From assembly GCA_964016885.1 (NCBI GenBank), contig OZ024748.1, positions 24,304,001 through 24,368,000 of the forward strand: a stretch of DNA of 64,000 bases. Reading direction: 5' to 3'. A program made the translations under genes and the position numbers. Positions 57,223-64,000 of the stretch are shown here, in pieces. Each line of letters begins with the position of its first letter. Positions within the stretch are counted from its first letter, which is position 1. Source of the stretch: Eledone cirrhosa (Eukaryota). The notes below the pieces were generated by a model. That model ran no database searches, was not told where the DNA came from, and was given only the letters and a program-made list of their open reading frames with translations.

Positions 57223-57600
57223 TATATATATAAACATTTTAAAAATTAACAAAGAGAGGACAAGACAACGAACGGAAGCAAGGCAAAACGAAAAATAATT
57301 TTTCATGGGGAAACCTTAAAAAATTATTTTTTTTAAAATAAATATACAAACGAAGAACACAGAACTCCAGGGTCATCGGCCGTTGAGATGGAGTTTCGAC
57401 CCCTATATACACAAATGATTTAGTAATATAACCATATAAAGAAAAAGGGAAAGATTCAATGCACAATGTGATTTATAGTCCACAGCAAGATGGGTAGAAA
57501 GCAGTTCAGAGTTTAATCCAATAGGTACATTTCCATGGTAGAGTTATAATTTCACAGAGCATATATATGTATGTGTGTGTAAGTGTGTGTGTGTGTGAGT

Positions 57601-57680
<80 letters not shown>

Positions 57681-58104
57681 GTGTGTGCAATGAAAAACAG
57701 ACGGAAGTCAGATGTTGGTAGTTAATTAGTTCATTGTTTTACGATCGTTTCAGAGGGTCGATTGTCGTGGAAAATCGCTGTATCGATTAGTATAATAGTG
57801 GTTAGGCTACTACCTATTTCTAATCTCGATTGATCTGTTCGAGTGTCTTCTTCAGAAACACTTCTGTCTTTTTTTTCATTGTTCTATGCACAAACACATA
57901 TATGTAAATGACTCTGTAACCTGGACGGATCTCCTTAGGTGGTGATTACCACCAAATCTACTGGTCACACTGCCTAATCTCACTGCAATCATCTTTCCAA
58001 AGACTCATTGAGTTCTAAAAAAGTTATCAGCCGCACCACAACCAGGTGAAATATGATATATATATATTCCCCTACACACCCTTGGAACTCTTTTCCCACA
58101 CACT

Positions 58105-58142
58105 TTTCGCCTGAAGAAGGGCGTATGCCCGAAACGTCGTTC
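58105..58142 (+). ncRNA. Minimal type I hammerhead (Penelope-type)
   Basis: CTGAAGA-a-gggc(gtat)gccc-GAAA-cg-TC; weak stem I; followed by AATAAA and a pyrimidine tail ending in (TA)n at 58230. Confidence 0.65.
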
Positions 58143-58225
58143 CCCACCACCACCCCACTCTCAAGAGCGTGAAACTAATAAACCTTTGTTCGTTCTGCCT
58201 CTCTGTTTTGTTCCCGTTCAATTTT

Positions 58226-58299
<74 letters not shown>

Positions 58300-58489
58300 T
58301 ATAATACCAGGAAAAAACAGGAATAACTAGGCAAGAAGTGGTTAGAAGGAGAGAATTTATTTAGAGTTCGTTCCTTAACATGTGTTTCTGTACAATATCA
58401 GTCTATTAGCACTGACTGCATAGTCCCATGCTCAATCGCAAGCATTACATAAAAATAGTGCACTTCAAGATTAACAATGATTTAATTTA

Positions 58490-58555
58490 TTTACGACTGT
58501 TTCACTAGACCAACAAGAATATTCCAATCTTGTTAGAATAACTCCTCAGAATCAA
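58490..58555 (-). ncRNA. Hammerhead-like motif
   Basis: Minus strand CTGAGGA-(ctaacaaga/tcttgttgg stem)-GAAA-cag-TC, then AATAAA; stem I is poor. Confidence 0.45.
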
Positions 58556-58779
58556 TCAAATAGAAATAAATAAATACCAATACTTGTTCTAGAATTACAC
58601 TAAAACCGAAAAATGTAAACAATAGCAGTCAAATATTATAGATAGATAAGACACTTACCTAAGGTGCCGCACACAAGGGTTGTTCGCAGAAACACGGGAT
58701 TTAATCAAACTTCTTAACCTCACTGATATATCTGGGGAATAGTTCAAAATTAGAACACCGTTGATCAAAGAACTGGTGC

Positions 58780-58782
58780 ATC

Positions 58783-58814
<32 letters not shown>

Positions 58815-58857
58815 GATCAACAGCAGCAGCAACAACACCACCACCACCACCACCACC

Positions 58858-58930
<73 letters not shown>

Positions 58931-59550
58931 CCAAAAGCAGCAACAACAACAACAACATAGAGCTGGTGGATCAAAGTTGACATTAGACTTAACAACAACA
59001 GCAACAACAACAACAATATAGAGCTGGTGGATCAGAGTCGACCTTGGAATTAGCAACAACAACATGAAGAAGCAACAACAACAGTGATGAAAACAACCGC
59101 AACAACAACATCAACATTAACACCAACAACACCAACAACAGTAATAATAACAACAGTAATAACAGCAACTGCAATAACCTAAACAACAAACAAAGCTGAC
59201 ACCACCACCACCGTCACTACAACCACCACCACGACCACCACCATCCCAACCACCACCAACAGCAACGCCATCACCACCACCACCACCACCACCACTACCA
59301 CTATCACCACCAATACCACCAACACCACAACCCCACCACATGTAACCCCCCCCCCCCCCCCACCACCACCACCACCACCCCCACCACACCACCCCCACCA
59401 ACGCCATCACCACAACCACCAACGCCATCACCACAACCACCAACGCCATCACCACCACCACCACTAACACCACCACGCCACCACAACTACCCCCACCATC
59501 ACTACCACCACCACCACTGCTACCACCACCACCATCACCACCACCACCAC
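58780..59550. repeat. (CAA)n/(CCA)n trinucleotide tract
   Basis: Visible repeats. Confidence 0.9.
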
Positions 59551-59954
59551 AATCAGCCATGATCATAATTGAATCATCCAGAAAGTCTTTCCACGTCAAT
59601 GGAGCGGAGAATCTGTCATGTGGAGAGACAATCACGTGATCTAGGCTGGGACAAATGGGCAAACAACATATTGACCCCCTTTTTTTTTTCTTCAACAGCC
59701 TGTTAACTTCATCAGCAGTAGCAGCAACAGCAGCTATCGACCTCACTGGTCAGAAAAACTGATCGATCGGTCATTGAAAAACTAATGGATTAAGCAGATA
59801 ATTCGAATAAACATACATAATAAGGTTAAGTTGAAGCAAGGAGTGGCTATCAAAAAAATTCTGAGACACAACATACACATAGATACTCTATCACATACAC
59901 ATACTCTCTCTCTCAATCTCACACACATACATACACTCACATAAGCCTGCGTAT

Positions 59955-60008
<54 letters not shown>

Positions 60009-60651
60009 TTATTACAATAACAGATTAAAGTTTAAGCAAAGAATCGCTGCTTTCATCCTTAACGGGATCTTCTGAAACTAACAAAGTCAATCTGTAAACG
60101 CAGAAATGAATGTTTCAAAACAACGTTGCAACCGGAGGAAGACAGGAAGACGATACTTTGGTCTACGGTTCTTATATCTTTGATATATATTTATCCTTAT
60201 CGAGCCCTCTTTGGATTTTAGTCTTCAAATTTATTATTATTACTATATATATATATATATTCAGGTTTGAGGTTCACCACTGTATAGAGCTGGTCTATTC
60301 CGTATGGTCAATCGTAATGTAATAATATAGAGAGTACTCAACGTAAAGCAGTTCAACCGTCTTTGTTTTTGTAGTTGGTGGTGCTATTACGGATAGTACG
60401 TATTTCGAATACCTGATGATATCACCGGATTCATACGGAACCCGGTCATTGAAATGATCAAAGTATAATAAACCTTTCAAGGATTTACACAAATCCAGCC
60501 TCCTGTCATTTCATTATAATATTATATATATATAATTAGTGTGGGATGCTCAAAGCGTCTGTAAGCGGTAGGTCGTGTAAGCACTCGATGCTCTTACAGA
60601 GCAGAGTATGATATCACATATTCGTCGCAACACTGATTCTCTGTTTCTTAT

Positions 60652-60703
<52 letters not shown>

Positions 60704-60710
<7 letters not shown>

Positions 60711-61058
60711 AAAAAGGGATGAAATCGAAAATGCAACTGAAGTCTTATTTTTTTTTAAAATATATATATTTATTTGGTTCCTTTACCGGTTTCGCAGTTC
60801 TTCTGCTTTTCAAAAGGTGAGTTGAGATGGAGGGTCTGTGGTTTTTCTCACAGATGTGAGAAAAACCACAGACCCTCCATCTCAACTCACCTTTTGAAAA
60901 GCAGAAGAACTGCGAAACCGGTAAAGGAACCAAATAAATATATATATTTTTTAAAAAAATAAGACTTCAGTTGCATTTTCGATTTCATCCCTTTTTCTTT
61001 ATACTTCCACTCGTGTAGGACACCTCGGTTATTTTTCATTTTGTAAAAAAAACCTCAC

Positions 61059-61065
<7 letters not shown>
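60704..61065 (+). mobile_element. Near-perfect fold-back element (~149-bp arms, 2-nt loop) with 3' extension, in (TA)n
   Basis: 60704-60852 is the reverse complement of 60855-61003; unique tail to 61065. Confidence 0.85.
60890..60927 (+). ncRNA. Minimal type I hammerhead, U3-A8 core variant (inverse copy at 60780-60817)
   Basis: cctt-TTGAAAA-gcag(aagaa)ctgc-GAAA-ccgg-TA^aagg; stems I and II are perfect. Confidence 0.7.
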
Positions 61066-61124
<59 letters not shown>

Positions 61125-61514
61125 CAAAGAAGGTGTGGTAAGATACCAGGTGGACCATAACGCACCAGAGTACTCGATACTTTGGGTAGTAGAGTGGGTA
61201 ATAGGAAAAGAGTCAGGACCCCGATGACTAAGCTCCGGCCGTTTCGACAGCTAGATCCGAGTTCGGATCTAGCCGTCGAGGTCCTGACTATTTTCCTATA
61301 TATATATAATTATGTATATATATATGTAATTATGTATATATATATATATATATTTAAGTCGTTTGGAAGCCACGACAATGCAAATGGGTAAATCTCCGGG
61401 TAACAAGATCCGGTGGTTGAGAGAGAGATATAAGTGGGTGTACGTTGAGATGCGTGGTGTGTATAAGACGTGTAGAAGAATGAAGGAAACAGTATAAAGG
61501 ATAAAATTTAAAAA

Positions 61515-61530
61515 ATATAAAAAATAATAA

Positions 61531-61561
<31 letters not shown>

Positions 61562-64000
61562 AATGATTTCATTTATTGGCCACAAGGGCCGACATATAGG
61601 GGACAACACAATAGACAGGGACAGTGGGGGTTTACATAGAGATCGAGTAAGTATAAATAACAAAAAAACAAAAACAAAATAACAATAAAAATACAACAAT
61701 GAAAGTTCCCCAATAAGAGGGATCACCACCCAGGGTTGACTCAAGCACCCCACCAGTCCTGAGCCACCCGACGCTCCTAGGGCACCCGGGAAGGGCACCC
61801 CTCTCCTTCTCGAATTCACCAGCCTACAGGCGCATGATCAGAGTAGGCCCACTCACGCGGGCCATTCTCGCCACATTCACCCACCTTTCAGTAAATGTAC
61901 TGGGGGGCAGCACTTCTCTCTCCACCCTCACCTTCCTTTCCAAGTGAAACTTGAAGAAGTTGATGAGGGATTGGCCGAAGAGAAAAGTGTCTGTCTTCAG
62001 TCCTTTCAACCTGGTCCACCATGCAACCTCTTTCGCTACTGCCACCAGGCAGAGGAAAATTGCCTGCCCTTCCTGACCAAAAGAAGGCGGCGGGTCAATC
62101 TTCACTATGGACTCGGACGATAGCCGGATCCGTTCTACACGCGACAATAGCTGTTCGACATAACCCCACAAGTCAGCAATGCACGGACACTGGACGAGTG
62201 CGTGCAGAACGGTTTCGTCGCTCTGCGCGCATCTCGGGCAGGTTCGTCTGACAGCACTTCCGTGCCTGTAGAGTTTATCCCGAACCGGCAGCGCCCCCCG
62301 GTAGCACTGCCAAGCGAGGGATTTCTGGAAGTTATCCATCGTCCCCGGCTCGAAAGTCCTCCGGAACATACTGGTCAGTTCTACTTCGTTGACGCCCAGA
62401 GCCTCTCCTAGTACGTCATCGCACTTGCCCTCCACTAATCCTCTATAGAAATCTTGAGTGGAAGTTCCACTGACCGCATTGCCCACCTTGCAGAGTGCAG
62501 TGAGCGCCTGGCAACATTCCAGATGCCAGTCGCCCAGTCTCGGTCTCTTCTTGACCCAGGACTGCAGCTCAGTCAAAGAGATGAGCTGCGGAAAGGCCCG
62601 TCTAACAAACGGCGACCACACCTGTTCACCGTTTAGGCAAAATATCTGGAGATGTCGCAGCCTCAGCGCATGTCTGCGCATCATTAGCCACGGCATGCCC
62701 AGCCCTCCACGAAGAGGGTGCTGGCAGCAGATGGACCGCCTCACCAACGGGACCCGTCCCCTCCACAAAAATTTGAAAAGGAGCCGTTCCAAATTGGCGA
62801 GGCGTGGACGGGGGCAAGGCACGACGGTCAGGCGGTAGTAGATGACGGACGCGATGTACGCGTTCGCCACCTCCGCCCGCCCTTTCAGTGATAGCTTTCT
62901 CTCAGCCCATTTCTGGGTGAGGTTGGCTATCCTGCTCGTCACCTCGTCCCAATTCTTATCCACCTGGAGGTCTGGTCCGAACCAAACCCCGAGCAACTTT
63001 ACCGGTCCGTCTGTCCAGCGCCCAACGACGCTGTTGGACGGCATGGACTTGCCTCTCCAGGTGCCGAGCTGCAAGCCCACCGACTTTTCCGGGTTAAGTT
63101 TTGCTCCCGTCAACCTTTCATATTCCTCCAAATGGGTGCGGATCACCTCGATTTCCGAGGTGTCCGACACCATCACGGTGATGTCGTCCGCATAAGCGGA
63201 CGCAGCCTTTCTACGTCCCGGTTCGAGCGGGATGCCCTGCAACAACTCCAGCTTCCGCAGTAGAGGCTCAAGAGTCAATACGTACAGAAGTGAGGAGAGA
63301 GGGCACCCTTGACGGACCGATCGAGAGATCTGAAACGGTTCCGAGAGGTGGCCATTAACTTTGACCACCGAGCGGATGCCGCTGTACATTGCAGCGATCC
63401 AGCTTCTGAAGACGGGGCCGAAGCCAGCCGCCTCGAGGACAGCCTCCAAGTACCGATGGTCGACCCTATCGAATGCTTTCGATTGATCTAAATTGATCAG
63501 AGCCCCACCGAAGCCAGGTTTGCACCCAACCCTCTCTATGATGTATCGCATGAGGTGGAGGTTGTCGTGTATGGACCTGGTCGGGATTGCGCAAGTTTGC
63601 GCCTCCCCAACCAAATCTTTGACGACAAGCGCCAACCTTTTCGCTAACACCTTGGCCAAAATCTTAAACTCTGTGTTGAGCAGGGTTATGGGCCTGAAAT
63701 TATCTAGTGTGTCCCTCTTGTTCTCGTCTTTCCTTATCAGCGTCACTACGCCACGGCTCACAGAACTGGGAATGCTCCCGTTCTGCTGCCAGTTGCAGTA
63801 GAGCGCTTCGAGGAGATCGGAGAACAAGTCTGGCATATTTACGTAAAGCTCGTAGGGCAGACCATCCAAACCGGGTGACTTGCGACTCGAGCAGCCGACA
63901 AGGGCGTCCTGAATTTCGGCTGATGTTATCGGCTCTTCGCAGCGCTCAGCGTCGGCCGTCGAGAGGCGTGGCAAGCCGTCGAGGTAGGGACTGAAGTCCG
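61515..64000 (-). mobile_element. Tx1-clade LINE subfamily B with (TTA)n tail; continues past the window edge
   Basis: 3'UTR 61823-61566 with AATAAA, then (TTA)n; the 3'UTR differs from subfamily A. Confidence 0.92.
61824..64000 (-). CDS. Tx1 ORF2 reverse transcriptase + C-terminal CCHC finger (partial, uninterrupted)
   Basis: 716-aa open frame with KSPGLDGLP, FRPITLLN, DQSKAFDRV, RQGCPLS, YADD, CPRC...HALVQC. Confidence 0.92.
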   Translation of the reverse strand, partial: DFSPYLDGLPRLSTADAERCEEPITSAEIQDALVGCSSRKSPGLDGLPYELYVNMPDLFSDLLEALYCNWQQNGSIPSSVSRGVVTLIRKDENKRDTLDNFRPITLLNTEFKILAKVLAKRLALVVKDLVGEAQTCAIPTRSIHDNLHLMRYIIERVGCKPGFGGALINLDQSKAFDRVDHRYLEAVLEAAGFGPVFRSWIAAMYSGIRSVVKVNGHLSEPFQISRSVRQGCPLSSLLYVLTLEPLLRKLELLQGIPLEPGRRKAASAYADDITVMVSDTSEIEVIRTHLEEYERLTGAKLNPEKSVGLQLGTWRGKSMPSNSVVGRWTDGPVKLLGVWFGPDLQVDKNWDEVTSRIANLTQKWAERKLSLKGRAEVANAYIASVIYYRLTVVPCPRPRLANLERLLFKFLWRGRVPLVRRSICCQHPLRGGLGMPWLMMRRHALRLRHLQIFCLNGEQVWSPFVRRAFPQLISLTELQSWVKKRPRLGDWHLECCQALTALCKVGNAVSGTSTQDFYRGLVEGKCDDVLGEALGVNEVELTSMFRRTFEPGTMDNFQKSLAWQCYRGALPVRDKLYRHGSAVRRTCPRCAQSDETVLHALVQCPCIADLWGYVEQLLSRVERIRLSSESIVKIDPPPSFGQEGQAIFLCLVAVAKEVAWWTRLKGLKTDTFLFGQSLINFFKFHLERKVRVEREVLPPSTFTERWVNVARMARVSGPTLIMRL

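Noticed and set aside
58761-59021. PolyQ/polyH ORF
   Set aside because: Simple CAA/CCA repeats with no recognisable domain; an exon cannot be supported.

Overview
Eukaryotic (animal) DNA that is extremely rich in microsatellites and repeats. The SINE family and repeat landscape resemble octopus-type genomes (inference). No host protein-coding gene can be supported, and most ORFs in the track are microsatellite read-throughs. Recognisable content: a full-length but inactivated IR/DR Tc1 transposon (3705-5320); a head-to-tail stack of three Tx1-clade LINEs joined through (GATA)n (11147-19360), including one full-length copy; two copies of a second Tx1 subfamily, the longer ending in a (TTA)n tail; fragments of CR1, RTE, R4/Dong and CRE LINEs; a hAT MITE with an 8-bp TSD; Helitron-like ends; and about 20 copies or fragments of a tRNA-derived SINE, including a tandem array. 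The most notable signal is a set of sequence-unrelated, non-coding fold-back (palindromic) elements embedded in (TA)n. Several carry type-I hammerhead ribozymes like those of Penelope-like retroelement pseudo-LTRs, and two unrelated hammerheads show the compensatory U3-A8 core variant. Each retroelement family is also associated with its own microsatellite.
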